This document shows, piece by piece, positions 1 to 12,286 of a stretch of 47,296 bases of DNA. The notes under the pieces were generated by a model. The model did not search any database and was not told the origin of the DNA. It saw only the letters and a program-made list of their open reading frames with translations. Every line of letters begins with the position of its first letter. The first letter of the stretch is position 1. Both the position numbers and the translations under genes were made by a program. Source of the DNA: Chromera velia (Eukaryota); assembly GCA_018398765.1 (NCBI GenBank), contig JAHBMJ010000459.1:1-47296 (forward strand), read 5' to 3'.

Positions 1-428
1 TAGTTTTTTATGTTGCAATGAGTCACTGCAATTTACAAGATGTAACATTATATTACATGGTACTGAATTATACTAAATATAAATCTAAATAATATTAAAT
101 ACATCCCAGTGACGGTCCCACTGAAAAATTTTCTACGAAACTCTAACCACGATCGATCTAAATCGATCTGAGGGCTGATCATCATCAGATTTTAAATTCA
201 ATGTCAGTAACAGTCAGTTTCTTATCTTTATTCTAGAGTTTCCTACTGCAGACGTAACTAGCTCACTGCACGATTTCCTTTCGCGTTTTGCTATTACACT
301 CGTCATTACATCAATTTATTATAAATGCAATCAGCTTCGTAAGTAAATCAGCGAATCAGGCCTCTTTTTATATGCAACGGTATGTACGAAATGAGTTGCA
401 ACTCTTCGTAAGATACTTTTCCACTCCA

Positions 429-3400
429 CTAGCGCTTAGTTCTTTTTTTGAAGTCAGCCAGAGTGCCAATCAACTCCTGGAAGGCCGAGTCGGGCAGCCG
501 TAACCCCTCGTGGACCCCTGCCTTCATCAGGGCTGCCGTTCTCTCTGCCTGCAGACACAAAAGGAAGAGGTCGAATAAAGGTAAGGCCACCTACAATGGC
601 ACCTCGACATTGGGGTTCGCATTTCCGCAGAGAGTACAGATTGAAGACAAAAGTCCAGAAGACTCCGAATGAAGGCAGGAGAAGACAGGCAGAGATAGAC
701 GACCACAACGCAGGCGAGAAGGCAGAGCGCAAGAGGAAAGCAGACTGACTGACTGACCAAGCCTTTCAATCCTTCCGCTGCCTTTTCTCGCACCTCGGGC
801 CGCACAGCTTCGTTTTCTGCATTTTGGATGGATGGTTTTTGTTTCTTCAACTCATTTATCAATCGTTCCTTTTTTGAAGAACACAAAACAATGGCTCTCT
901 GGCAGAGAGAACGAAAGTGATTCTTTTGGGAGTAGGAAAGAACAGGCAGGCACTTCGAGCAAGGCTGGCGGGAATGCTGTGCGTGCAATACAAGGGGAGA
1001 AACCACCAAGAGAGCCAGTCCTCTCGGGCATTTCGGAATGAAAAGACATCAGGTGGGGGGTCTCTTTCGTCACATACAAAGGAAACACAAACGTGGCTTC
1101 CAAAAAGTTCTCTATTTCCGTTGCATAGGGATGGGCAGAGAGGGGCGAACGACCAGGGTGCATGCCTTGCAAGAACCTATTTCCCTGTAAGAAATGGATG
1201 GGGGAGCGAACACAGGACAAAGCACGTTGGAGAAGAAGGGACCAAAGGGACAAAGAAAGAAAGACCGACCCTCAAGAAAGGACATCAGCACAGTCGCCCC
1301 TCTGTGCTGGACCCCTGCCCACGCAGCCGCTTCCTGAACACTAAGTCTGGTGTCACCCCTCTCCTGCCTCCTACTGCCTGCAGCCTCGCCTCCCTCTACT
1401 CCCCCCCCCATTCCTTCAGGCACAACCCCAACGAGCGGCAGCAATTCTTCCCATGAGTCCTCCTCTGAAATCAATCCCTGCACCATCGCAGATTGACGCG
1501 CGCAGAAACAAATGTGAGCTCCAAGTCCACAAACAACAACAGCGCCTCAATGATTTGCAAAAGGAACGAGGGCAAAGAGCCCAGAAGATGAGAGCAGCTG
1601 CCCCCCACTGTGACAGGCAGACAGAATGTATCGTCCTTTCTTTCCTTCTTCTCTTCCTTCCTTTCAGAAGACGGACAAACAGACAGACATGCAGGCAGAC
1701 ATACAGGCAGACCAATCAACTCACCGGCAACCCTTCATAAGATGAGAGAACAGCCAGAGCCCTGCAGGGAGGAGTCAAGGCAAGGAAGAAAGTCTACAAA
1801 CAGCACATACAGGCAGACACTTGGCAGTGCACGTCACGTCAAAGAACGACAGTCAAGAGCAGAGGGGATCAATAGAAAGTGGAGAAAGGATAGAGGGCGG
1901 GAGGAAATCCAAAAAGTGCTGCAAATTGAGAGGAAACTAGAATGAAACGAATAGCCGTTCCCCCCTCCCCTTTCTCTCCCCTCCCCGGACAGACCAACCG
2001 ACCCTGCAGCAGCTGTCCGCATCCTCGTGTCTGTCTCTCCACAGAAGGCAAGGAGGAGTTCGAGATCCGTCGCGTCCTTCGGTCGTCTCTTGTCTGCCGC
2101 CTCCTTCTTCTCTTCTTCCTTTTCGTTCACATTCTCCGGCGCCGTGTCCTTTGAGGCTTGTGAGTGGATTCTCTCGCTTCTCTCTCCCACAGCTCTGACT
2201 TGTGAGGGGGAGAGCGCGAGGTTACACCAACCCTCGAGGCCTGCTGCTCGGAGCTGAGGAGAGAGAGAGAGGGAGAGCGAGAGAGCAATCAGATCAACGC
2301 TTCTGTTCCATGCCTGGCGGTGAAGAGGACGCATGTGACGGTGTACATCGAGAGAGGAACACTGGGACGCAGTGGAGGCAGGAAAAGCGGAAACAAACGA
2401 GGCAAAAATAATATCAGATACAGTGGTTTCACAGACTTCGTACCTCTAAAGTCGATTGTAACAGCTATCAAGAGAATTTGCTTCTTCACTGACTGACAGA
2501 CCGACCGCATCGTTGTTCTCGCACAATAAATTCCTAAAAAGAGCCCATCCTCCTTGTTGAACAGCCAGCTCTCTGGCCTCTTCACTCTCTCCGGTGATGT
2601 TGTGGAGTGCACACGCCGCCCTGTAAATCTTCCTCTCGTGAGACCCTGTCTCGACCAGACGGAGCAGCTGCGGCACTGCAGACAGCGTTGGGGCATACCC
2701 AAGCGCGCCTGAGGGGACAGACAGACACAGCAGGGCCAGTGCCTGCAGCACAGGGAGGCAAAGGAAGAGGAAAGCAAAGAGGAACGTGTGATAACTGAGG
2801 GTATCTTGATAAGGTACTCATGCTCGCAATCAAGACCGAAGACTCAGAAATCGACAAAGCCTGCAGATCTACCCACGAATCAGTCAATATTCCACCGCGC
2901 ATAAGTGAATTTGCACCATCTATTATCGATATATCTTCAGACGTTTCAAGTCCCCTGCAGAAATGACCGCTCACTTTCCCCCCCTTCCATTCAGTTCTGT
3001 CTGACGGACCTCACGAATTTCCTCAAGGACCTGCGTCATTTCTCCCGAGCCTCTTTCCCTCTCCGCCTCCTTCTCCAACAGTTGAGCAGAGTCCAGCAGA
3101 GCTCCGAAACCGCCTGTCGCAACAACACGACCCCGAAGCTTCTCATCGCTACAAAGCATCGAAATGCCGAGACCGACAGTCACAGGCAACTGAAGAGAAA
3201 TTGACGGATGAGGGTGAGCACCTGTCTGCGAGCGCATCAAAAGTACAGCTGCCTGCAGACATCTCGCAAAAGCACCCGCCCCCCCCCTTGCAACCAGTGT
3301 CTCCCTCCACTCCCTAGCGAGGGAAAGGGACCCCGCGTCCGCCGCTGCAGATGGACCTCCCCGCATCTCGGGGGGCAGCTTCTCTGCCAGTCTCCTTAGC

Positions 3401-4414
3401 TCGGCCTCCTCCTCCTTTCCCATGTCCGCCCGGGACGAAGCGAGCCTTAAGGGCGCGCCCTCGGCCGACAGAGAGAGGGGGACGTTGGGGACCCGGTCCT
3501 CCCTCGACCGGCAGAGTGACGCAAGCAAGGAGGTCAAGAGAAAACGGCAACCCCCCTGAGCAATGATCAGAGGGATCTCCGACTGCACCAAACAAGAAGA
3601 AAATGAAGGAAACATGACAGACAGGCACACGGACAGATAGACAGACAGAGAGAAGAGAGGGACAGACAGAGAGGCACGATGGATTCTTTTTTCTTTCAGA
3701 CCTTTTTTTACACTGAAAGCAACACCCCGCCTTCTCTTGGTTTCCATGCGAACTTTTTTTCCCCACCTTTTTCTTCTGACAAGCAAAGGCTTAAAGTTGT
3801 TTAGGCAGCAGGGAACCGAGGCGGAAGTACGGCTGACTTACCAGTGAGATGAGACAGTCAAGAAGGTTCTTTTTTTGTGGCTTCGACGCTGCAGAGGAGG
3901 AAAAAGTTTCTTTTCCCGATTTCTCCCGTCCCCCTGCTGTCTTCTTTCCTTCGGACGCGAGAATTGGGGAGGGTGGTGGTTTTGCCAGCGACAGCATTTG
4001 CTCCTTCATGTCCCCGTGGCCCGAGAGGAAGACTAGGGCTGAGAGAAGGGCCTCGACTGCAGAGACACTCTGAGGGGGGGGGGGACACAANNNNNNNNNN
4101 NNNNNNNNNNNNNNNNNNNNNNNNGGGGGGGGGGGTGGAATGAGGAATGACGTTCAGGTTTTTAGATGTGTCACGAGTTTCTTCCCCAACAAATCAGGAG
4201 GTGGGCCATCTCTTCCATCTCTGGCCTGGTATCTGATTACTTTCCTTTCCTTTCCTGGCACATAGCTTCCTTCCGACAAGACTTGGGAGGGAGTCACGTG
4301 AGCCTTCATGAACGTTCGAATCGCACCTCAAAAGAAGTAAACTTGTTTTGCTCGTCCTTTTGTCTTTTTCTTTTTCTTTCTTTCTTTCTTTCTTTCGTTC
4401 GTTCGTTCGTTCAT

Positions 4415-4445
<31 letters not shown>

Positions 4446-4472
4446 GTCTGTCTTTCTCTCTTTCTCTCTTTC

Positions 4473-4538
<66 letters not shown>

Positions 4539-4628
4539 TTTCGTTCTTTCTTTCTTTCTTTCTTTCTTTCTTTCGTTCGTTCGTTCGTTCGTTCGTTATT
4601 TCTTTCTTTCTTTCTTTCTTTCTTTCTT

Positions 4629-4685
<57 letters not shown>

Positions 4686-4688
4686 CTT

Positions 4689-4740
<52 letters not shown>

Positions 4741-7338
4741 CTTTCGTTCGTTCCTTCGTTTTCTTTTATCCTTGTTTCTTGCCGTCTAAACACCTACCTT
4801 TCTTTGGGCATCCAGGTCTAACATCCCTCCTGCTCTTTCTGTCCCTTTGGCTTCCTTTTTTTTCTTCGCGTCCTTCAACAGAGTGTCGACGCACGCAGCG
4901 AGGCCGTCTGCAAGCAGAGGAAGAATATCCACACGCCCCTCGACCTCCTTCAAACAATCCGCAGAGTGGACAGAAAGAAGCGCAAGGGCGCGCCCAAGAC
5001 GGCCTCTCGACTCTCCGTCCGTCCCCGCTCCCCCACTCGCGACTCCGCCCACCAAGATCTCCAGTGCCCGCGCCTTCAGGGCCTCTCCCCGCAGCTCGGG
5101 AGATGCCAGGCCTTGCAGAAAGGCGTCCGTCGCCTGGCTGCGGGAGGGGGGCGTTCAAATTGAGCCAAGGTGAGCGAGCAAAACAGAAAGAAAACACGCG
5201 AAGCCCACGTGAGGACGCGAAGAGGAATCTGAAAAAAAGTGCAACAGGAGAGACTAGAATCTTACAACACTGCGAGACAGACACACAATTTTGAATTCTG
5301 ATCACAGCAGACAGACTAGACACACACAGAGATTGAGAGAGACAGAGATTCGTCCAGATCCCAAGCTGGCAGTCAGAGGAAGTGGATGTAAACCCACAGG
5401 TGTACCATGCAGAGAGAAGACACAAGTACTCGGAAAGGGTTGCATGCATGCATGCAGACTCAACTGAGAGCAAAACACAGACGCAACAAGACATGAGTCT
5501 TCCTCGAGTCCCCCCCTCCCCGCCTTCCTCCCCCACTGACTCACTCACAGTTTTACATGGTTGCTTGTAAGGGCTTCAGTGCCCCCTCCCCCGACAAGAC
5601 CCTCCAGAGCCAGACGGAAGATTTGGGGCTTCAGCGATTTTGTGTAGTCTTCGTCGCAAAGAAAGTTGCCCATTGCCTTCCTCTCGAATTGCTGAACAAG
5701 CGAGAGCAGAAGGAGCCCCCCCGCTCGCTCTGCCGCCTCCCTTCCCTCAACATCCAAAAGAGAGCCACCTGGAGGTAAGAGGTGTGTTAGAGGCATCGCC
5801 ACACTTTCAAGCAGCGTCGGTTCTCCTTGATAATCTTTTTCCTCCTCTTTCTTCTGAGGGGCGTGTTTGTGGAGAGTTGCGAACAAGCTTTGTAGAACCA
5901 CCGCAATGAATACACGGGCAAAAGACCCCCCACACTCACTGTCCTCATCACTGTCAGGAACACCCCCCCCAACGACCGCAGCTTCCTTCAAGCAGTCGCC
6001 CAAGCCCTGAGACAGACTCAGAGGTGGTGCTCGGACTCCAAGAAGAAACTCCCGATCAAGCGAGAGCGAAAGACTGGACATCGCACAACGCTGCATACAT
6101 ACAGTCAGCCAATTGGAGACACGCGCACAAATGCCCAGACAAGCAACGCTTTAGTTAAAGATAACAGACAGTCCTACGTTCTCTTCAGGACTGTGAGCAA
6201 AGTCACTGCCAGCTGCTGCAAACTGTAGAGCAGATGTGCAGAAGTGGCCATGCACATATGTGCATCTTTTAGTTCTGCTGTTTGTCACGCACGCTTCTCA
6301 AACAACAAAAGAGGCACAAAAGAGTTTTGCATGATTCAGCTGTCTGTATGGACAAGTCAAACAAAACAGAATCACCTGGCTCTACTCCAGCCAGTCAAGT
6401 GAGAACCTTCCCCAGTAATCGCTTCCTCGGTGATCATTTGCCCTTCGTTTCATTGTGTCTTTACTTCTTCTTCTTTTTCTTCTCTACCCAACGGTAGAGC
6501 AATACAGGGGATACAGCTGCACAAAACTCACCTGCAAAGTCGCGACCCTTTGTCTCGCCTGGCCAGACAGTCTGCCGACCCGATCAAGTTCAGAGAGGAA
6601 TCTTGCAACGACCCTGAAGACAGCCTCACGGCCCGAGGAAGAAAATTGAACACCGCTGGTCCAGATCCGACCACAGAAGCTTAGAATGCTTTCGCACAGT
6701 CTTTCTACAGAAACCTCGTCCCTCGCATTTCCTTCACCTCGTGTCTTTGACTCCAGACTTGCCCCTTTCCCCCTTTCCTCCCCCCCACAACTCCTCTCCA
6801 GCACGCGAATGCAAGCCACAGACGCCTCTTGTAGGAGGAGCGCCAGCCTGTCCCCACTCAATGCCTTGTCTGCACAGCGGGCGAGGTTCACTGCGCAGGC
6901 CGTTTGGCGTTCAGTGAAGTCTTGAGACTGAAGAACACAAACAACAGGAGAGGGAGGGAGGAAGGACGGGAGAAAGGATGAGGGGCAGCTGGCGCCGCGC
7001 GCACACACGCACAGAGAGAGAGGGGGAATATAAGAAAGGCGAGGATCAGAGACAGAAGACTGGATAAGACCGAAACGAAAGAAAAAGTGGAAAGATAACG
7101 GAGGCCTAGTTGACTCCTGCGGAAAACAGAAGCCCTCCCTTTCTTTCTTCTGTGGGCTGTCTGCCAGGCTGCTTGCACAGAGAAGTGCCTGTGTGTGTTT
7201 ATTCAATTCAGTCCACCTCGTTGCACGACCCACCCTCTCAAGGTATCGGTTGAAGAGGTCTGCACACAACACATGCGTGCAACATCACCAATCAATCAAT
7301 CAATCAGTCAGTCAGTCAGTCAATCAATCAATCAATCG

Positions 7339-7407
<69 letters not shown>

Positions 7408-8209
7408 GTCAATCAATCAGTCAGTCAGTCAGTCAGTCAGTCAGTCAGTCTGTCAATCCATCCATCCATCAATCCGTCCGTCCATCCATCCATTCATCCA
7501 TCTGATGACAGACAGCGCGGTGAAATCTGTCGAACAGTTTATGCAAGCACGGAACGAGAATGCAACCATTTTGCGAATGTGGAAGTGTCACGTTTTCTCA
7601 CGAAGAGTGCAACGAGTGAGAAAGGCAGCCCCAGAAGAAGCTGAAAGCATGAACTAATCAAAAGGCAGAATACCAAAGAAAACATCGGAAAGCACCACGG
7701 AAGACACGGAATGCATTGAATGGAGAGGTGGGCAGAGTGGAGCCGAACTGACCGAAGGCTTCTTTTTTGACCGTGTCGCTTGTTCCTGGTTGAGTGATCT
7801 GCTTGATTGATTCAAGGGTCAAACACCACGGGGACGGAAGATGAGGACAGTAATCGCTTGAGGAGACCAGGCCCCTCGGATACTGGTAGAAGATGCGAAA
7901 CAGAACACACCGGCAGACATGGCGCCGAAGAATGAAAGAACAGGGAGGTGGCGAGCAGAGAAACATGCAGGCATATGTAGCGAGGTGGTTTGCAAGCGAG
8001 TGAGAGATCGACCAAAAACTGAGCCTAGATCAGTACCCGTCTACCTTCCTTTGATTTTGACGCAATTCTCTCAACTCCCCCTTCGACCCCTTTGTCCAAC
8101 GTACCAGAGAAGCTGCTTCATCCAACAGTCCCGTCTCTATCACCTTGGCGGCATTTCCAGGGAATCCTTCTTCGTGGAGCTCCTTCAGTCTCTTCAGAGG
8201 TTCCGGCAT
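429..8209 (-). CDS. Multi-exon UCS-domain (UNC-45/Cro1/She4) myosin co-chaperone-like armadillo-repeat protein
   Basis: ATG at 8209 opens exon 1 (8105-8209, MPEPLKRLKELHEEGF...EAASL|GTACGT). Later GT-AG exons encode YPRGLVSS..., SQDFTERQTAC...VATLQ and GLGDCLKEAA.... ARM-like UCS segments follow: SMLCSDEKLRGRVVATGGFGALL; LSAVPQLLRLVETGSHERKIYRAACALHNITGESEEARELAVQQGGWALFRNLLCENN; LRAAGLEGWCNL...DLELLLAFCGE. The last exon AERTAALMKAGVHEG...KRTKR ends at TAG 431-429. The gene spans an N gap at 4091-4124. Confidence 0.75.
4091..4124. other. Assembly gap (N run) next to a poly-G tract
   Basis: Run of n characters. Confidence 0.98.
4365..4765. repeat. Intronic (TTTC)n/(CT)n/(TTCG)n compound microsatellite
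   Basis: Directly visible; it produces the spurious F/S/L-rich ORFs. Confidence 0.97.
7288..7500. repeat. Intronic (ATCA)n/(GTCA)n/(ATCC)n microsatellite
   Basis: Directly visible. Confidence 0.97.
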
Positions 8210-8732
8210 TGTGTCTGTCTGTCTGTCTCTTCAAGTCTCCCGTCTCCTCGCTCTTCCGGCTTCTTTCAACGCAATCGATTCAAAGGGAGTCAACAGAGAC
8301 TCATGATTCACTCACACAGGTTAATTCCAGTCCTGGTTGTCTCGAATTGTCGCCACTGGCGATACTCAGCACTAGCAAGAAGATGCAAGATTCAAGAGAA
8401 GAATTATATAATTAACCCGGCCATATTGTGGACGCGCGCGGGCGGGCGGCGGCGGCATGCATGGCGGCGGCCGGGCGGCCCGCGAGCTGGTACGGCATGG
8501 TACGGCTCATGCTCCTGAAATCTGCATGGGACTTTCGTCAGCACAGTGCACGCCTGACACATCCTGAAGTTCCTAGCTGCAGGGCACAAGCCAGGGGATC
8601 AGTTTCTGTCAAGTGGACGTGATCCGTACTTCTGGGGAGTGCGCGTGGAAAGTTTCGCATTGGTGAGTTCGAAGGTCAGACAAACGGGAGGAGACGGCTG
8701 ACAAGTCCAGCTTTCCTTTCCATCTGCCCAGG
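8210..8732. promoter_or_regulatory. Probable bidirectional promoter with a GC-rich core (8417-8520)
   Basis: About 520 bp separate the divergent ATGs. The core contains CGCGCGCGGGCGGGCGGCGGCGGCATGCATGGCGGCGGCC and lies next to an AT-rich TATATAATTAA. Confidence 0.55.
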
Positions 8733-9545
8733 ATGTTCCAGGCGAGTCCTTCCTGCTTGCTGCTGGAAGTTCTGTTTGCCCTTTCGCTGCTGGATAGCGT
8801 GTTTGCGCAGATCAGCCTTCCTTTTTCTTTCCACGATCACCAGGGCCCCTTCGACCTCAAATGGGGTTTCGTCGGTGAAGGGTCGAACGAGGAGATAGAA
8901 ATGGAGTTCTCACTCCCTAGTGACATCTATATGGGACTAGGTCTGGGGTGTACTAGCAGTGTCAAGTGTGACATGGTGATTGGGAACGGAGGTGGCAGCA
9001 ACCCGGTGTTCCTCGATGACTTCTTCGAACCTCAGGGAGACTCTCAGGCAGAGACGGATGTCTCCCTCGGAGGAACCAAAGATGTCTCTCTGGTGTCTGC
9101 CAGCTACAGCAATGAGGACTTCATATCGACCATCCGATTCCGTCGGAAATTAAACACAGGAGACAAGTTTGATGCGGTGCTGCAGAAGGGGGTGACTCCG
9201 TTGGTCTATGCCTGGTGCGAGAGTCCGTGTGAGAGCATGGAGACGCCCCACGGTCACGGTGACTGGGGCATCATCGAGGTGGACCTGAGTGGTGAGGGAA
9301 AGAAGGTCTCAGGCGAGCCTGCACAGAGACTCAGAGCAACACGTCCCACAAGTGCGTCAGCAAAGAAGGGGAGCGAAGAGAAGGATGCAGAGGAGATTGA
9401 CTGCAGTGCCGGCTCGGAAGCTCTGTGCGGGTGTTCGGAGTTGCTCAGAGGGAAGTTTGTGCGGTCTCTGGAAGAGTGCACCATCTCCGACGCGATTGCT
9501 CACTGCAAAGAGAAAGGACCATGCCTCTCAACGCAGGTGTCCTAG
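8733..9545 (+). CDS. Secreted DOMON-domain protein with a Cys-rich C-terminus (270 aa, intronless)
   Basis: The hydrophobic signal peptide is LLLEVLFALSLLDSVFA. DOMON hallmarks are FDLKWG, YMGLGL, DMVIG, IRFRRKLNTGDKFD, LVYAW and a downstream His (PHGHG). A Cys-rich tail follows a Lys/Ser/Glu linker. Confidence 0.85.
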   Translation: MFQASPSCLLLEVLFALSLLDSVFAQISLPFSFHDHQGPFDLKWGFVGEGSNEEIEMEFSLPSDIYMGLGLGCTSSVKCDMVIGNGGGSNPVFLDDFFEPQGDSQAETDVSLGGTKDVSLVSASYSNEDFISTIRFRRKLNTGDKFDAVLQKGVTPLVYAWCESPCESMETPHGHGDWGIIEVDLSGEGKKVSGEPAQRLRATRPTSASAKKGSEEKDAEEIDCSAGSEALCGCSELLRGKFVRSLEECTISDAIAHCKEKGPCLSTQVS

Positions 9546-10293
9546 CTCAATCTGCAACCATTGCGCTAGTCTGACCCTGGAAGGAAGAAGAGTCTTAGAC
9601 TGGCGGCGGCACTGCAATCGAGTTCCCTCAGTGCATGTTGACTTCGGTTGAACGTTCAGAGGGATGCCAGAGGGCGAGAGTCCTGCCCGGTGTCATTTGT
9701 TCTGCGTGTGTGTGATCTTTGTAAATGAACGCTGTTCCATGCCTACGAACAGGTCCAAAAGGGATCGTTTATGTACAGACTGTACTATCTTATGTTGACT
9801 ACGTTTGGAGTTCAGAGGGATCCCGGAAGGCAAGAATTCTGCCCGGTGTAACTTGCTCTGTGTGCATGCTCTTTGTACATGTGGGTTCAAAAAGGGATCG
9901 CCGATCTACTTAGTCGCCGATCGTATCCGATCGCTTCATAGTGATTTCTCAAACTGACCGACTGACACTGATTTTAAATTGTCTAATAAACGTCTGATAA
10001 AGCCATTTTTTGTGGTTATTTTTCTGATAAGTGGTATTTAGACAGCGCCGCAGCGGCCTAGGCAGTGGTGTTAAGAGTAATTTTGACGGCTTGAAACGAG
10101 AATCTATCTATAGTAGTAGATTCTATACTATTTTAAATTTTAAATTATCTATAGAGAGTCTAAGTCTCTGAGACACACGTGACACATCTAGATATATCTA
10201 GATATACTTTCGGTCTACTATAAATTACATCATAATTTACATGTTTAGGATTAGGATTGGTCACACACTGTAAAGCAGCTACTAAAGCTGTGA

Positions 10294-10365
10294 ACAACGA
10301 AAACTTATTCTGAAGTTATTCACTGGCAGACCAGTTTTCTTTTGTTCATCTACATTCTTTCTTTC
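10294..10365 (+). repeat. Copy 1 of a ~70-bp direct repeat (copy 2 at ~10889-10960), each followed by a TTTC microsatellite
   Basis: acaacgaaaacttattctgaagttattcactggcagaccagttttcttttgtt versus acaatgaaaacttattctaaagttattcactggtaggccagttttcttttgtt. Confidence 0.9.
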
Positions 10366-10401
10366 GAGATCTTTCTTTTTTTTTTTCTTTCTTTCTTCTT
10401 T

Positions 10402-10433
<32 letters not shown>

Positions 10434-10486
10434 GAAAGTTCCTTTCTTTCTTTTTTGTTTGACCCTCTAAGGTCCCTCTTCATCAC

Positions 10487-10745
10487 CTAAGCAGACCCCT
10501 CTAACCCTTTCAGCAGCTGCAGTGACCAACCGAGCAACAAACCATGAAGACTCTGCACTGCATGTACTCGCTGCTGACCCTCAAAGAACTTATAGAGATC
10601 CTCTGTAGAAGTGATATGGTCCATATCTTCGTCTCCGTCCTCCTCATCGTCATCCTCGAGTCCAAACGCTGCAGAGAAACATAGAAAGAGATGAACACTC
10701 TCACAGACTGACTGACGGACTGTGTTATTGGTTTTCCTTCTCGAA
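10487..10745 (-). pseudogene. Orphan gene fragment: a short intron plus an acidic exon
   Basis: On the minus strand there is a GTCAGTCAGTC donor (~10717) and a tttctctgcag acceptor (10669). The exon reads FGLEDDDEEDGDEDMDHITSTEDLYKFFEGQQ...*. No start codon or upstream gene is visible. Confidence 0.45.
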
Positions 10746-10944
10746 GTACATAAGACACGCAGAGGGAGGTACAGTAGGCAGACATGGAAATTAGACACAG
10801 TAAGAAATTAGCTAAGCAGAAAGGCAGCTAACTATACAGACAGGCATACAAAAAATAAGCCGTTGTGCAAAGCAAATGCCTGTGTTAGACAATGAAAACT
10901 TATTCTAAAGTTATTCACTGGTAGGCCAGTTTTCTTTTGTTTAT

Positions 10945-10977
10945 ATGCATTCTTTCTTTCTTTCTTTTTTTTTTTTT

Positions 10978-11009
<32 letters not shown>

Positions 11010-11128
11010 TCCTTCTTTTTTTTTTTCTTTCTTTCTTTCCTTCTCTCTTTCTTTTTTTTTCCTTCCGAGTCTTTCTTTCTTTTTTTCTTTCTTTCTTTCT
11101 TTCTTTCTTTCTTTTTTTTTTTCTTTCT

Positions 11129-11168
<40 letters not shown>

Positions 11169-11183
11169 ATCTTTCTCTCTCTT

Positions 11184-11242
<59 letters not shown>

Positions 11243-11250
11243 TTTTCTAT
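10945..11250. repeat. (TTTC)n/(CT)n/poly-T microsatellite
   Basis: Directly visible. Confidence 0.97.
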
Positions 11251-11779
11251 TGATATATGAAGGATCTTTCTTTCTTAAGTTTTTTTAGAATTTTATTAAT
11301 GTAGTATATAAGGTGCCGAGGTAAGGTGCACACGCGCGTGCATGCATGTCTTCCGGGGCCGACCCGCGCGATGGTCTGCATATATATATAGGGGAGCCTG
11401 CAGCTATGCATACCGTCTTACACTAGGTCTTACACCACCCGGTACCTTGATCAATCTCGCCTCTCTGATGGTATTTCCATTCATAACACAAGATAATTAA
11501 TCATTAAAGCATGTGATAAGTCATATCATAAGTGTTTAACAAAAAAATCCGTTTTGAGCTTTAGTACTACTAGTAGTTGCAAAAAATATACTGTTACTGT
11601 AGTTCATTAATTCAACTGGCTGCATGTACTCAGTCTGCTACTATCGATTTGCTAAACAGGACACGTCTATAATTCTTGGCTGGAAATCAAGTATGATACG
11701 GTATGATAATGACATGATGATGATAGTAAAAGTTACTCTGATCAAAACAAATAACTAAATGAATGATTGCATAAATGAA

Positions 11780-12245
11780 ATTCAATGAATGAATGAATGA
11801 ATGAATGAATGAATGAATGATCGAATGAGTGAATGAATGAATGAATGAATGAATGAATAAATGAATGAATGAAAGAAAGAAAGAAAGAAAGAAAGAAAAA
11901 AAAAAAAAAGAAAAAAAGAAAGAACTCATTAAATGTTTTTCAAAGAATGAATCCATATATTCATTCATCCATCCATCAACCAACAAACAAGCCAACCACT
12001 CAACCAATCCCTCAAGTAATCAATCATTATCAATCAATCATTGTTAACCAACCAATTAATCAATCAATCCATCAATCAATCAAGCAATCAACTAGGCAAT
12101 CAAGCAATGAATCAATCGATTAATCAATGCAACAATAATAATAATAAAAAATCTATCAATCAATTGTTAATGATCTTTCAATCAATCGAGCAATTTAACC
12201 AAAATTGAATCAATCAATCAAGAGTCGGTCAATCAATCAATCGGT
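11780..12245. repeat. (GAAT)n/(GAAA)n followed by degenerate (ATCA)n simple repeats
   Basis: Directly visible. Confidence 0.9.
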
Positions 12246-12286
12246 TATTGACAATCGGTCGATCATTTTTTCTCAAGTCGATCGAT

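Noticed and set aside
4166..4821. Long F/S/L-rich ORFs (also 10937-11260, 7193-7657, 11687-12123, 30530-30916)
   Set aside because: They are translations of intronic or intergenic microsatellites.
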